Below are positions 12,065 to 22,663 of a stretch of DNA of 64,000 nucleotides, one piece after another. Below the pieces are notes generated by a model. The model was not told where the DNA came from, did not search any database, and saw only the letters and a list, made by a program, of their open reading frames with translations. How positions within the stretch are numbered: position 1 is the first letter of the stretch; each line of letters opens with the position of its first letter. Location: positions 544,001 to 608,000 of the forward strand of contig CAWEZH010000002.1 of assembly GCA_963813535.1 (NCBI GenBank), read 5' to 3'. The position numbers and the translations under genes were made by a program. The DNA comes from an uncultured Chloroflexia bacterium. Its GTDB lineage: Bacteria > Chloroflexota > Limnocylindria > Limnocylindrales > CSP1-4.

Positions 12065-12832
12065 GTGGCGCGCGCACCCCTCGCCCGGCCGACCGACGCT
12101 CCGCCGATCGCGCACGAGCCGGTCGAGGACGATCCGTTCCTGCCGGCCGAAGACCTGCCGCGGCACGTCGCGATCATCATGGACGGCAACCGCCGGTGGG
12201 CCCGCCTCCACGACAAGCCGGAGATCGAAGGGCACGCGGCCGGTGTCGAGGCCATCAGGGAGCTCCTCAAGCACGCTGTCCACCGTGGCGTCCCGGTCAT
12301 GACGCTGTATGCCTTCAGCCGCGAGAACTGGGCACGCTCCGACGACGAGGTGACCGGTCTGTTCGGTCTGCTCGAGGCGGCGGTCCGGAGCGAGACCGAT
12401 GAACTGCGCAGGCAGGGCGTCCAGGTCCGCCTGCTCGGTCGGCTCGATGAGCTGCCCGAGGCGACCCGCCAGTCGATCGGCGAGGCCCTCGATGCCACGG
12501 CCAGCGGCGAGCGGATGACCCTCAACATCGCCTTCAACTACGCCGGTCGGACCGAGCTCGTCGACGCGGTCCGGCGGCTGGTCGCCGCCGGTACGACGCC
12601 CGAGTCCATCGATGAGGCCACCGTCGGGGCCGCCCTGTACACGGCCGGCCTGCCCGACCCCGATCTCGTGATCCGGACCGGTGGTGAGCAGCGCCTCTCG
12701 AACTTCCTCATCTGGCAGTCGGCGTACGCGGAGTTCTACTTCTGCGACGACCTGTGGCCCGATTTCGGGGCTTCGGCGTTCGACCAGGCGCTGCTCGAGT
12801 TCGCCCGCCGGCATCGCCGCTTCGGGCGGTAG
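12065..12832 (+). CDS. uppS: Polyprenyl diphosphate synthase
   Basis: HVAIIMDGNRRWA, FSRENW, RTGGEQRLSNFLIWQ. Confidence 0.97.
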   Translation: MARAPLARPTDAPPIAHEPVEDDPFLPAEDLPRHVAIIMDGNRRWARLHDKPEIEGHAAGVEAIRELLKHAVHRGVPVMTLYAFSRENWARSDDEVTGLFGLLEAAVRSETDELRRQGVQVRLLGRLDELPEATRQSIGEALDATASGERMTLNIAFNYAGRTELVDAVRRLVAAGTTPESIDEATVGAALYTAGLPDPDLVIRTGGEQRLSNFLIWQSAYAEFYFCDDLWPDFGASAFDQALLEFARRHRRFGR

Positions 12833-12838
12833 GCCGGA

Positions 12839-13666
12839 GTGCGCCAGCGCGCGACCAGCGCCGCCCTCCTGGTCCCGCTGCTCCTCATCGTCATCGCGCT
12901 CGGTGGCATCGCGCTGTCGGTCGCCATCGCCGCGATCACGCTTCTCGCAGCTCGCGAGGTGTTCGCCCTGCTACGCACGGCAGGTCAGCCGGCGCTCTCG
13001 ATCCTCGGTTCGGCACTCGCCGTCAGCGTCGTCCTCGACGCGGCGTTCCCGGAGGTGCTCGAGGGGAGCGGGTTGTTGCTCATCGCCATCGGGGTCGTCC
13101 TGACGGCGGTCGCGGCGTTCACCCGGCCCGACCCGCGCGATGGCCTTGCCACCTGGATGGCGACCGTCTTCGGGGCGCTCTACGTCAGCTTGCTTGCGTT
13201 CGTCGTCCGCCTCGGGCACGCAGGACCGCCGATCCCCGATGGCGCCCCGCTCGAGATCCTCGGACCGGAGCGCGGCTGGATCGTGCTGCTGATCCTGGCC
13301 GTGTGGTCCTACGACACCGGCGCGTACCTGGCCGGCAAGCGCTTCGGGCGCGAGCGGTTCCTGAGCCATATCTCGCCCTCGAAGACCTATGCCGGGCTGA
13401 TCGGTGGCGTCATCGCGACCACGATCGTGGTCGGACTGCTGCTGTTCGGGCTCGGCCAGCCGCCTGTGCATGCGCTCCTGCTCGGTCCGCTGACGGCCCT
13501 CGCGGCACAGGCCGGTGACCTGGCGGAATCGATGCTCAAGCGTGCCGCGAACGCCAAGGATTCCGGCACGTTGATCCCGGGCCACGGCGGGATGCTGGAC
13601 CGCGTCGATTCGTTCCTCTTCGCCGCTCCCGTCGTGACGTTGTATGTCGTCGCCCTCATCGCCTGA
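12839..13666 (+). CDS. cdsA: Phosphatidate cytidylyltransferase
   Basis: [35 protein letters not shown]. Confidence 0.97.
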   Translation: MRQRATSAALLVPLLLIVIALGGIALSVAIAAITLLAAREVFALLRTAGQPALSILGSALAVSVVLDAAFPEVLEGSGLLLIAIGVVLTAVAAFTRPDPRDGLATWMATVFGALYVSLLAFVVRLGHAGPPIPDGAPLEILGPERGWIVLLILAVWSYDTGAYLAGKRFGRERFLSHISPSKTYAGLIGGVIATTIVVGLLLFGLGQPPVHALLLGPLTALAAQAGDLAESMLKRAANAKDSGTLIPGHGGMLDRVDSFLFAAPVVTLYVVALIA

Positions 13667-14819
13667 GCCCCGCGGCGTCGTGCTCCTCGGATCGACGGGC
13701 TCCATCGGGAGCCAGGCCGTCGAGGTGCTGGCGGCGCATCCGGAGCTGTTTCGCGTCGTCGCCCTGGCCACCGGCTCCAACCAGAGGGCGCTCGACGAGC
13801 AAGTCACGCGACTCCGACCGGCCGTCGCGACCGTGGCGCCGTCCGACACGACCCTCGTCGAACTGGCCACACGGGACGACGTGGATCTCGTCGTGGTCGC
13901 GACCGGCGGCATCGTCAGCCTGCGTCCGGTCATGGCCGCGCTCCAGGCTGGCAAGGTCGTCGCGACGGCGAACAAGGAGACGCTGGTGGCCGGCGGTCAC
14001 CTCGTGATGCCCGAAGCGCGGCGCCTGGCCGCCGCGGTCGCTGCGGATCGGCCGATGGATCCGTTCGCCAGCCCGCTGGCCTGGCTCCGGCCGATCGACT
14101 CGGAGCACTCCGCGTTGTGGCAGTGCCTGCTGGGCGAATCGATGGCGTCCGTGGCCGCCTTGATCCTCACTGCCTCCGGTGGGCCCTTCCTCAGCGCCGG
14201 CCTCGATGAGCTTGCCCTGGTGACGCCCGACCAGGCGCTCCGCCACCCGACCTGGTCGATGGGCGCCAAGATCACCATCGACTCCGCCACGCTCGCGAAC
14301 AAGGGGCTGGAGGTCATCGAAGCCCACTGGCTGTACGATGTCGACTACGACGCGATCGAGGTGGTCATCCATCCGCAGAGCGTCGTCCACTCCGCCGTCC
14401 GCTTCGTCGACGGCTCCCTCAAGGCCCAGATGGGCACCCCCGATATGCGACTACCGATCCAGTACGCCATGACCTATCCGCACCGGCGCCCCTCGCCGGC
14501 CTCGCCGCCAGACCTCATCGCCACGGCGCGCCTCGACTTCCGCGAGCCGGATGTCGGGCGGTTCCCTGCACTCCGCATCGCCCGCGATGCGGGGATGGCG
14601 GGCCCATGGGCATCGGCCGCATTGATCGCCGCCGACGATGTCGCGGTCGCGCGGTTCCTCGAGGGGTCACTCGACTTCCTCGGCATCCCACGGTTGCTCG
14701 AGACCGCCGTCGAGCGTTTCGGCGCCGGACCCGGTGAGCCCGACGTCGACGCGCTGATCGCTCTCGATGCCGACATCCGGGCGACGTACGCGAGCGGCGC
14801 GATCGGAGACACGGTATGA
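13644..14819 (+). CDS. dxr: 1-deoxy-D-xylulose-5-phosphate reductoisomerase
   Basis: [42 protein letters not shown]. Confidence 0.97.
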   Translation: MSSPSSPEPRGVVLLGSTGSIGSQAVEVLAAHPELFRVVALATGSNQRALDEQVTRLRPAVATVAPSDTTLVELATRDDVDLVVVATGGIVSLRPVMAALQAGKVVATANKETLVAGGHLVMPEARRLAAAVAADRPMDPFASPLAWLRPIDSEHSALWQCLLGESMASVAALILTASGGPFLSAGLDELALVTPDQALRHPTWSMGAKITIDSATLANKGLEVIEAHWLYDVDYDAIEVVIHPQSVVHSAVRFVDGSLKAQMGTPDMRLPIQYAMTYPHRRPSPASPPDLIATARLDFREPDVGRFPALRIARDAGMAGPWASAALIAADDVAVARFLEGSLDFLGIPRLLETAVERFGAGPGEPDVDALIALDADIRATYASGAIGDTV

Positions 14820-15925
14820 CCGAGTTCCTGCAGACCGTGGTCACGATCGTCCTCTTCTTCGGCATCCTCGGCACGCTGGTGGTGATCCATGAGCTCGGGC
14901 ACTTCCTCGCCGCTCGGCTGGCGGGTGTCCGCGTCCTCGAGTTCGGGGTCGGCTTCCCGCCGCGCGCCAAGGTGCTGCGCTCGAAGGGCGAGACCCTCTA
15001 CACCCTCAACTGGCTGCCCATCGGCGGCTTCGTGAAGCTCGAAGGGGAAGACGGTGACCACGCGGGCGACCCGCGGGCGTTCTCGTCGAAGAGCCTGCCG
15101 GTCCGGCTGTTCATCCTGGTCTCCGGCGTCGTGATGAACATCCTGCTGGCGTTCGCCATCTTCACCGCCATCGTCTGGCTTGCGTCGCCACACGTCGGGG
15201 CGACATTCGAGGAGGTCCAGCCGGATTCGCCGGCTGCGGCGGCCGGCATCCAGCCCGGCGAGACCATCGTGGCCATCAACGGCGAGCGCTTCCAGGTCTT
15301 CGTCGGCCAGGACATCGTCGACGTGCTGCGCGCGAACGCCGGGCAGGCGGTCGCGATGACGATCGTCGGGACGAGCGGCGCCACGCGCGACGTGCAGGTC
15401 ACGCTGCGTGATCCGTCGGAGATCGACGCCAACCACGGTGCCCTCGGCATCGCCGGGATCGAGTACGCGTACGACGGCTCGACGGCGACCAACGACCTTG
15501 GGACCGCCATCGCTGTCGGGGCACAGCAGACGGTCCGTTGGATGGGTCTTATCGTCGGTGGCCTCGGCTCCTTGGTGAATGCCATCGTCACGGACCCGAC
15601 GGCCGCGCCGCCCGTGTCGGGCCCGATCGGCATCGCGACGCAGATCGGCGATGTGTTCTTCACCGCCGGGCCGATCTTCACGTTGTTCGTGGCGGGCATC
15701 CTGTCGGCCAACCTGGCCGTCGTGAACATCCTGCCCTTCCCCCCGCTCGATGGTGGCCGGATGCTGATGATCACACTCAAGCGGGTCTTCGGGACGCGGA
15801 TCAGCGTGCGAGCCGAGCAGCTGACCTACCTGGTCGGATTCGTGTTCCTCTTCGCGTTCATCATCTGGGTGTCCGGCTTCGACATCATCCGGAGCCTGGG
15901 TGGAGCGCCGCCACCGGCCCCATGA
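14816..15925 (+). CDS. rseP: Site-2 (M50) intramembrane metalloprotease with PDZ domain
   Basis: [19 protein letters not shown] segment. Confidence 0.93.
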   Translation: MTEFLQTVVTIVLFFGILGTLVVIHELGHFLAARLAGVRVLEFGVGFPPRAKVLRSKGETLYTLNWLPIGGFVKLEGEDGDHAGDPRAFSSKSLPVRLFILVSGVVMNILLAFAIFTAIVWLASPHVGATFEEVQPDSPAAAAGIQPGETIVAINGERFQVFVGQDIVDVLRANAGQAVAMTIVGTSGATRDVQVTLRDPSEIDANHGALGIAGIEYAYDGSTATNDLGTAIAVGAQQTVRWMGLIVGGLGSLVNAIVTDPTAAPPVSGPIGIATQIGDVFFTAGPIFTLFVAGILSANLAVVNILPFPPLDGGRMLMITLKRVFGTRISVRAEQLTYLVGFVFLFAFIIWVSGFDIIRSLGGAPPPAP

Positions 15926-17157
15926 GCGTCGCGCCCGAGGCCGCCACCGGTCGACGACGCACCGTCACGGTCGACGTCGCGGGGGTGCCCGTCGGCGGTG
16001 GCCACCCGATCGTCGTCCAGTCGATGACCAACACCGACACGGCCGATCCCGACGCGACGGCCATCCAGGTCGCCCGGCTCGCCCATGCCGGTTCCGAGCT
16101 CGTCCGGGTCACCGTGAACACCGAGGAGGCGGCCGCAGCCGTCCCGGAGATGGTGCGCAAGGTGCGTGGGCTCGGTGTCGACGTGCCGATCATCGGCGAC
16201 TTCCACTACAACGGGCACAAGCTCCTCGTGGAGTTTCCCGAGACGGCGGCCGCCCTCGCGAAGTACCGCATCAACCCGGGCAACGTCGGCGCCAAGCGCC
16301 ATGACGAGCACTTCGCGACGATCGTCAAGGTCGCCATCGACAACGACAAGCCGGTCCGCATCGGGGTCAACTGGGGGTCGCTCGATCAGGCGATCCTGAC
16401 CGAGCTCATGGACGCGAACGCCCGCCTCGCGGAGCCGCGCGATTCGCGCGACGTGATGATCGACGCGATGCTCGAGTCGGCGCTGCGTTCCGCGGAACTG
16501 GCCGAGGCGACCGGGCTCGGACACGACCGCATCATCATCAGCGCGAAGGTCAGCGGCGTGCGTGACCTCGTCGATGTCTACCGGCTGCTCGCGGCCCGCT
16601 GTGATTTCCCGTTGCACCTCGGTCTGACCGAGGCCGGCATGGGCGACAAGGGCATCGTCGCCTCGACCGCCGGGCTGGCGATCCTCCTGAACGAGGGCAT
16701 CGGCGACACGATCCGGGTCTCGCTGACGCCGGAACCGGGCGCACCGCGCGAGCGCGAGGTCGAGGTCGCCCAGCAGGTCCTGCAGTCGATGGGCTTTCGC
16801 TCATTCCTGCCCCAGGTCTCCGCGTGTCCCGGCTGCGGGCGGACGACGTCGACGTTCTTCCAGGAGATGGCGCAGCAGATCCAGGCCTACCTGAAGGACC
16901 GGATGCCGGAATGGAAGGAGAGCCACCCCGGCGCCGAGGACCTGCGGGTCGCGGTCATGGGCTGCGTGGTGAACGGGCCCGGTGAGTCGAAGCACGCCGA
17001 TATCGGCATCAGCCTGCCGGGCACGTTCGAGGAGCCGGTCGCGCCCGTCTTCATCGACGGTCGCCTCGATCGCACGCTCCGCGGCGACGGCCTCGTGCGC
17101 GAATTCATCGACATCCTCGAGGACTACGTCGCCCGTCGATTCCCGACGCCCGTTTGA
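15922..17157 (+). CDS. ispG: HMBPP synthase (flavodoxin/ferredoxin)
   Basis: [38 protein letters not shown]. Confidence 0.97.
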   Translation: MSVAPEAATGRRRTVTVDVAGVPVGGGHPIVVQSMTNTDTADPDATAIQVARLAHAGSELVRVTVNTEEAAAAVPEMVRKVRGLGVDVPIIGDFHYNGHKLLVEFPETAAALAKYRINPGNVGAKRHDEHFATIVKVAIDNDKPVRIGVNWGSLDQAILTELMDANARLAEPRDSRDVMIDAMLESALRSAELAEATGLGHDRIIISAKVSGVRDLVDVYRLLAARCDFPLHLGLTEAGMGDKGIVASTAGLAILLNEGIGDTIRVSLTPEPGAPREREVEVAQQVLQSMGFRSFLPQVSACPGCGRTTSTFFQEMAQQIQAYLKDRMPEWKESHPGAEDLRVAVMGCVVNGPGESKHADIGISLPGTFEEPVAPVFIDGRLDRTLRGDGLVREFIDILEDYVARRFPTPV

Positions 17158-17183
17158 GGGGTCCACCCGTCCGGGTGTATAGT
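17154..17183 (+). promoter_or_regulatory. Putative sigma-70 promoter TTGAGG-N18-TATAGT of the nusA operon
   Basis: Hexamers read directly upstream of the leader hairpin. Confidence 0.5.
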
Positions 17184-17208
17184 TCGTGCAACTGAACGGC
17201 CGCTCCGT

Positions 17209-17236
17209 TACGTGGGTGACCCCCACGTATTTTTTT
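17209..17236 (+). promoter_or_regulatory. rimP-leader-type attenuator hairpin
   Basis: TACGTGGG-tgacc-CCCACGTA followed by T7, in the nusA 5' UTR. Confidence 0.75.
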
Positions 17237-17276
17237 CGGACCGGTCGTTGCTTGGGTTGTGCGTGAGAAGGAGGCG

Positions 17277-18761
17277 ATGATGAGTCGAGACTTCGTTGGC
17301 GCCCTCCTTCAACTGAACGCCGAGAAGCAGGTTTCGCGAGAGCAGCTCATCGGAGCGGTCGAGGACGGCATCCAGTCGGCCTACCGGCGCGTCGCGGGTG
17401 ACGAGGACATCCACGTCCGGATCGATGCCGAGTCAGGTCGGATCCGCGTCTTCCGTGCGCGCCTGGTCGTCGAGGAGATCGAGGACGAGCTGACGCAGAT
17501 CACGGTCGACGACGCTCGCAAGCACGACCCCAACGCCAAGCCGGGTGACATGGTCGAGACCGAGCAGCTCGACGGCGACGTGTTCGGGCGCATCGGCGCC
17601 CAGACCGCCAAGCAGATCGTCCTCCAGCGCATCCGCGAGGTCGAGCGGGACCAGGTCTTCGACCAGTTCGCGAGCCGCGAGGGCGAGTTGATCACGGGCA
17701 CCGTCAACCGCGTCGAACCGCGCGCGATCATCCTCGACGTCGGCAAGAACACCGAGGCCATCCTCGCCACCACCGAGCAGAGCGCGTTGGAGCACTACCG
17801 CATCGGCCAGAACGTCAAGGCGTTCGTGCTCGAGGTCCGGCGCTCCGTGCGTGGGCCGCAGATCTTCGTGAGCCGGACCCACAAGGGCTTCCTCCGCCGC
17901 CTGTTCGAGCTGGAGGTGCCCGAGATCCACAGCGGGACCGTCGAGATCAAGGCCATCGCCCGTGAGGCCGGCAGCCGCTCGAAGGTGGCCGTGAACTCCC
18001 GACAGGATGGGCTCGACCCGGTCGGCGCGACCGTCGGCCAGCGTGGCGCGCGCGTCCAGGCCGTCGTGGCCGAGCTCGCCGGCGAGAAGATCGACGTGAT
18101 CCCGTGGAACGACGATCCGGCGGTGTTTGTGGCGAACGCCCTGAGCCCCGCGCAGGTGCTGTCCGTCGACATCGACGAGGAGAAGCGGATCGCCTCGGTC
18201 ACCGTCCCCGAGCGCATGCTGTCGCTGGCCATCGGCCGCGAAGGCCAGAACGCCCGCCTGGCGGCACGGCTGACCGGCTGGCGGATCGATATCCGAAGCG
18301 ACGTCTCCGTCGCCGAGGCCAAGGCGGCCGCCGAATCGGAGGCTGCCCAGGGCGACGCGGTCGCCGCAGACTCCGGCGAGACCCCGGCTGAAGCCCCCGG
18401 CACCGCTGCCGAGCAACCCGCCGCAACGGCAGGGGAGACGACGGACGTCTCCGCAGCGCCAGCCAAACCCAAGCGCACGACCAAGAAGGCGGCTGCCGCA
18501 GCGGCTCAGGACACCGCGGCGAAGTCGGAGACCGAGGCCGCTACGAAGGCGCCCGCCAAGCCCAAGCGGACGACCAACAAGACGGCGGCAGCGGACGCGA
18601 AGAACGGCGTCGAGACGGCCGCGGACGCCGACGACACGGCAACCGCCCCAGCAAAGCCCAAGCGAGCGACGAAGAAGGCGACAGCCGCCGCGACGACGGA
18701 CGGCAGCGATACGCCGGCCGAGGTAGCGGTCGCGGAGCCCACCGAGGAGGTGGCGACGTAG
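17277..18761 (+). CDS. nusA: Transcription factor NusA with Ala/Lys/Thr-rich C-terminal tail
   Basis: FGRIGAQTAKQ, S1 and KH domains, AIGREGQNARLAARLTGWRIDI. Confidence 0.97.
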   Translation: MMSRDFVGALLQLNAEKQVSREQLIGAVEDGIQSAYRRVAGDEDIHVRIDAESGRIRVFRARLVVEEIEDELTQITVDDARKHDPNAKPGDMVETEQLDGDVFGRIGAQTAKQIVLQRIREVERDQVFDQFASREGELITGTVNRVEPRAIILDVGKNTEAILATTEQSALEHYRIGQNVKAFVLEVRRSVRGPQIFVSRTHKGFLRRLFELEVPEIHSGTVEIKAIAREAGSRSKVAVNSRQDGLDPVGATVGQRGARVQAVVAELAGEKIDVIPWNDDPAVFVANALSPAQVLSVDIDEEKRIASVTVPERMLSLAIGREGQNARLAARLTGWRIDIRSDVSVAEAKAAAESEAAQGDAVAADSGETPAEAPGTAAEQPAATAGETTDVSAAPAKPKRTTKKAAAAAAQDTAAKSETEAATKAPAKPKRTTNKTAAADAKNGVETAADADDTATAPAKPKRATKKATAAATTDGSDTPAEVAVAEPTEEVAT

Positions 18762-19081
18762 CCGCGGCCAGGCCGAACGCCACGCCGACGGCACCACGCC
18801 GCGTCCCGACACGGACGTGCGTGGCCTGTCGGACGCCGCGTGCCAAGCGTGACCTGCGGCGCGTCGTGCGGACGCCGACGGGGGACGTCACGTTCGACGC
18901 CACGGGGCGACTCGCCGGGCGAGGCGCCTACGTGTGCCAGGACGGCGACTGCCTGTCGAATGCCATCAAGAAGGGCGCCCTTAGCCGGGCGCTCGAGATC
19001 CCGCTCCCAGCGACGTTCCTTGCGAGCGTCGATCCGGGAGCCATCCCCACGCTGACCACCGAAGGAGGAGCCCGTGGCTAG
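18758..19081 (+). CDS. ylxR: YlxR/DUF448 family RNA-binding protein (start uncertain)
   Basis: RRVPTRTCVACR, LRRVVR, GRGAYVC; between nusA and infB; first canonical start (18821) lies inside the conserved motif. Confidence 0.8.
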   Translation, partial: VAAARPNATPTAPRRVPTRTCVACRTPRAKRDLRRVVRTPTGDVTFDATGRLAGRGAYVCQDGDCLSNAIKKGALSRALEIPLPATFLASVDPGAIPTLTTEGGARG

Positions 19082-20981
19082 GAGTAGGAGCGGTACCCGC
19101 GGCCGACGCGGGCCCCGCAAGCCACCGCGTCGAGACAACGCGTTCGCATCGCAAGTCCAGGTCGTCGATCCCCGCGAACGCGGAGCGATCGAGCTGCCCG
19201 GCACCATCACCGTCAAGGAGCTCGCCGACCTGCTCGCGGTCAACGTCGCCGACGTGATCCGTGAGCTGATCAAGAGCGGGATCTTCGCGACGATCAATCA
19301 GCTGATCGACCGTGACACGGCGTCGCTCGTGGCGTCCGAGCTCGGCTACGAGGTCGCGGAGACCGTCGCGGCATCGACGAACGGGACCGGGCCCGACACC
19401 GAGACCGACGGTGCAGCGCCTGAGGCCGCCAAGGAGGTCCTCTTCGAGGAGGACGATCCCAAGCAGCTCCAGCCGCGGGCCCCGATCGTGACCGTCATGG
19501 GTCACGTCGACCACGGCAAGACGAGCCTGCTCGACGCCCTCCGCTCGACGGAAGTCGCGGCCGGCGAGCGCGGCGGTATCACCCAGCACATCGGTGCGTC
19601 CGAGGTGGTCCACGACGGCAAGCGCGTGGTGTTCCTCGACACCCCGGGTCACGAGGCGTTCACGGCCATGCGGGCTCGTGGTGCGCGCGTCACGGATATC
19701 GCGATCATCGTGGTCGCGGCTGACGACGGCGTGATGCCCCAGACCCTGGAGGCCATCAGCCACGCGAAGGCGGCCAAAGTCCCGATCATCATCGCGCTCA
19801 ACAAGATCGACAAGCCCGACGCGGACGCGACCCGGGTCAAGACCGAGCTGACCGAGGCCGGGATCGTCATCGAGGAGTACGGCGGCGAGGTGCCGCTCGT
19901 CGCGGTCTCGGCCAAGAGCGGTCAGGGCCTCGACGAGCTCATCGAGATGGTCCTGCTCGTCTCCGACCTGCAGGAGCTCACGGCCAATCCGGATCGCCCG
20001 GCGATCGGGACGATCGTCGAAGCGCAGCTCGAGAAGAACCGCGGCGCCATCGCGACCGCGCTGATCCAGACAGGCACGCTCAACGTCGGCGACATCATCG
20101 TCGTCGGGGAGACGTTCGGTCGGGTGCGCGCACTCGAGAACGACCGTGGCAAGCGGGTCAAGCATGCCGGCCCGGCGAGTGCCGTCGTGGTCCTCGGCCT
20201 GTCCGAGGTGCCCGAGGCCGGCGACATCCTGCGGGTCGTCGCCGACGACAAGGCCGCTCGCACGGCCGTCGAGCAGCGCAAGGCCGAAGTCGCCGCGAAG
20301 GGCGGCGACGGCAGCGGTCGCGCCACCCTCGAAGACCTCTACCGGCAGATCCAGGCCGGCCAGGCCAAGGAGCTCCGGATCATCCTCAAGGCCGACGTCT
20401 CCGGATCGATGGGTGCCATCACCCACGCCCTGGAGCAGCTCGATCAGGACGAGGTCCGGATCAACGTCCTGCACGAGGCGGCCGGTGACATCACCGACAA
20501 CGACATCATGCTCGCAGCCGCGTCGGACGCGATCGTGGTCGGCTTCAGTACGTCGATCACCGACACGGCACGTCGTGCCGCCGAGGCCGAAGGCGTCGAT
20601 GTCCGCCTCTACGACATCATCTACAAGCTCACCGACGACATCGATGCGGCGCTCAAGGGCCTCCTCGAGCCGGAGGAAGTGGAGGTCGTCGAGGGTCGCG
20701 CCGAGGTGCGCCAGGTCATCCGCGTCGGCAAGAACACGGTGATCGCCGGCTCGTACGTCACCGACGGGCGGATCGTCCGCGGTGGTGCACGGGTCTGGCG
20801 CGGTGGCAAGGTCATCGCGACCGACCGGATCGAGTCGCTGCGCCGCTTCCGCGACGACGTTCGCGAGGTGCAGGTGAACTACGAATGCGGCATCGGCCTC
20901 GCGTCCTTTACGGATCTCGAAGAGGGTGACGTCATCGAGTGCTTCACCACCCAGACCGTCAGTCGCATCGCAACGGCCTAG
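19074..20981 (+). CDS. infB: Translation initiation factor IF-2 (short N-terminus)
   Basis: [34 protein letters not shown]. Confidence 0.98.
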   Translation: MARSRSGTRGRRGPRKPPRRDNAFASQVQVVDPRERGAIELPGTITVKELADLLAVNVADVIRELIKSGIFATINQLIDRDTASLVASELGYEVAETVAASTNGTGPDTETDGAAPEAAKEVLFEEDDPKQLQPRAPIVTVMGHVDHGKTSLLDALRSTEVAAGERGGITQHIGASEVVHDGKRVVFLDTPGHEAFTAMRARGARVTDIAIIVVAADDGVMPQTLEAISHAKAAKVPIIIALNKIDKPDADATRVKTELTEAGIVIEEYGGEVPLVAVSAKSGQGLDELIEMVLLVSDLQELTANPDRPAIGTIVEAQLEKNRGAIATALIQTGTLNVGDIIVVGETFGRVRALENDRGKRVKHAGPASAVVVLGLSEVPEAGDILRVVADDKAARTAVEQRKAEVAAKGGDGSGRATLEDLYRQIQAGQAKELRIILKADVSGSMGAITHALEQLDQDEVRINVLHEAAGDITDNDIMLAAASDAIVVGFSTSITDTARRAAEAEGVDVRLYDIIYKLTDDIDAALKGLLEPEEVEVVEGRAEVRQVIRVGKNTVIAGSYVTDGRIVRGGARVWRGGKVIATDRIESLRRFRDDVREVQVNYECGIGLASFTDLEEGDVIECFTTQTVSRIATA

Positions 20982-21029
20982 GCTACGGCCACTCGACCGA
21001 TGTCTGAACTGCCTTGCCGCCCCGCGGGC

Positions 21030-21121
21030 GGCCGAGGCCAAGGCGCCGATGAGCACCGGAGCGAGCGCACTTCGAAGTGCGTGAGCGACGGCGCGCAGTC
21101 GGCAACGCCGGCATCGGGCGC
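21030..21121 (+). repeat. Long imperfect palindromic intergenic element (REP/MITE-like)
   Basis: Nested inverted segments GCCGA/TCGGC and CGCAC-ttcgaa-GTGCG flanked by CAAGGC...AACGC. Confidence 0.4.
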
Positions 21122-21139
21122 TCGCGTGGCGGCCGACGT

Positions 21140-21649
21140 ATGACCGCACGGACCGACCGGATCGATCAGCTGTTGCGTGAGGAGATCGGCTCGATCGTGG
21201 CGCGGGACGTGGCGGATCCACGGATCGGGTTCGCCACGATCACCAAGGTCGAGACGACCCCGGACTTGCGGCATGCCAGGGTGTGGGTGAGCGTCATCGG
21301 GCAGCCGAAGGAACGCTCGCAGACCATCGCGGCACTCGGCCGCGCCATGCCGTTCGTCCGCCACGAGCTCGGCAGGACGCTGCGCCTGAAGCGGATCCCC
21401 GATCTCCACGTGGAGCTCGACGACACCGCCGAACGGGGGACACGCGTGATGCATCTCCTCGACGAGCTTCGGGAGGGGAGCGCGCCCGAGGAGGACCTGC
21501 CGCTCGGCGAGACATTGCCGACGCCGGTCCCCCGGGTCCAACACGACGGCGATACGACCGAGGAGCCACCCTCCGCGGTGATCCCGCCCAAGCCGCGCAA
21601 GCGCCGCGGCCGGGCACTCGTCCAGCGCACGAGCCGGCGGCAGCGATGA
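21140..21649 (+). CDS. rbfA: Ribosome-binding factor A
   Basis: RTDRIDQLLREEI, DPRI, TPDLRHARV, LRLKRIPDL. Confidence 0.96.
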   Translation: MTARTDRIDQLLREEIGSIVARDVADPRIGFATITKVETTPDLRHARVWVSVIGQPKERSQTIAALGRAMPFVRHELGRTLRLKRIPDLHVELDDTAERGTRVMHLLDELREGSAPEEDLPLGETLPTPVPRVQHDGDTTEEPPSAVIPPKPRKRRGRALVQRTSRRQR

Positions 21650-22662
21650 CGGTGGATCTCACGCCCTTCCTCGGTACCGTGCCGGACGTCGTCGTCGAGC
21701 GGATCCGCACCGCCAAGCGCGTGCTGGCCGTCGGTCACGAGAACCCCGATGCGGACACGGTCGGGGCAAGCCTCAGCGTCGTCCGCATCATCGAGCGGTT
21801 CGGTGGCACGGCGGATCCTGTCTGCAGCGACCCCGTGCCGCCGCATTACGACTTCCTCGAGGGCGTGGAACGGTTCCGGACGGACCCGGACCCGGACGCC
21901 GACTACGACCTGCTCGTTGTCTCCGATTGCGCTACGTTCGATCGCGTCGGGGCCGTGGGCGAGCGTCACCGCGACCTGTTCGACCGCCTGCCGCGCGTCG
22001 TCATCGACCACCACGCGTCGAACGAGGCACTCGCCGAAGCCGACTGGATCGAGCCGGACGCCGCGGCGACCTGCGAGATGGTGGCGCTGCTGGCGACGTG
22101 TCTCGGCATCCCGCTCGAATCGGAACCGGGGCTCGCGACCGCGTTGATGGCCGGCATCGTGATGGACACCGCGACCTTCGCGCATCCGAACGCGACGCCG
22201 CGGACACTGGCGGTCTCGGCGGCCCTTCTGGAGGCCGGTGCGCCGCTCTCCGAGATCTCCCGTCGCCTGTATCGCTCGAAGCCGGCCGAGCAACTGCGTC
22301 TCTTCGGACGGGTCCTCGATCGGATGGAGACCTTCGACGAGGGGCGGGTCGTCGCCTCGACGCTGTTCGATTCCGACGTCAAGGCGGTCGGGGCCGCGCC
22401 GCCGCACTCGGAAGGGATCATCGACATGCTGGCGCAGGCGGATGGCGCCGAGGTGGCGATCCTGTTCAAGGAGGCGGGCGAGGCGACTCGCATCAGCGTC
22501 CGGACCAAGCCCGGTGGCGTCGATGCGACCGTCCTCACCGGGCTGTTCGGCGGCGGCGGGCATGCACGGGCGTCGGGTGCGACCGTGCAGCTTCCGATCG
22601 ATCGGGCGCACGACGCCGTGCTTGCCGAGGCTCGAAAGGCCGCGGCGGCCGTCGCGCGCTGA
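21646..22662 (+). CDS. nrnA: DHH/DHHA1 phosphoesterase (NrnA nanoRNase/pAp phosphatase)
   Basis: HENPDAD, IDHH, DTATF, GGGGHARASG. Confidence 0.9.
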   Translation: MTVDLTPFLGTVPDVVVERIRTAKRVLAVGHENPDADTVGASLSVVRIIERFGGTADPVCSDPVPPHYDFLEGVERFRTDPDPDADYDLLVVSDCATFDRVGAVGERHRDLFDRLPRVVIDHHASNEALAEADWIEPDAAATCEMVALLATCLGIPLESEPGLATALMAGIVMDTATFAHPNATPRTLAVSAALLEAGAPLSEISRRLYRSKPAEQLRLFGRVLDRMETFDEGRVVASTLFDSDVKAVGAAPPHSEGIIDMLAQADGAEVAILFKEAGEATRISVRTKPGGVDATVLTGLFGGGGHARASGATVQLPIDRAHDAVLAEARKAAAAVAR

Positions 22663-22663
22663 C

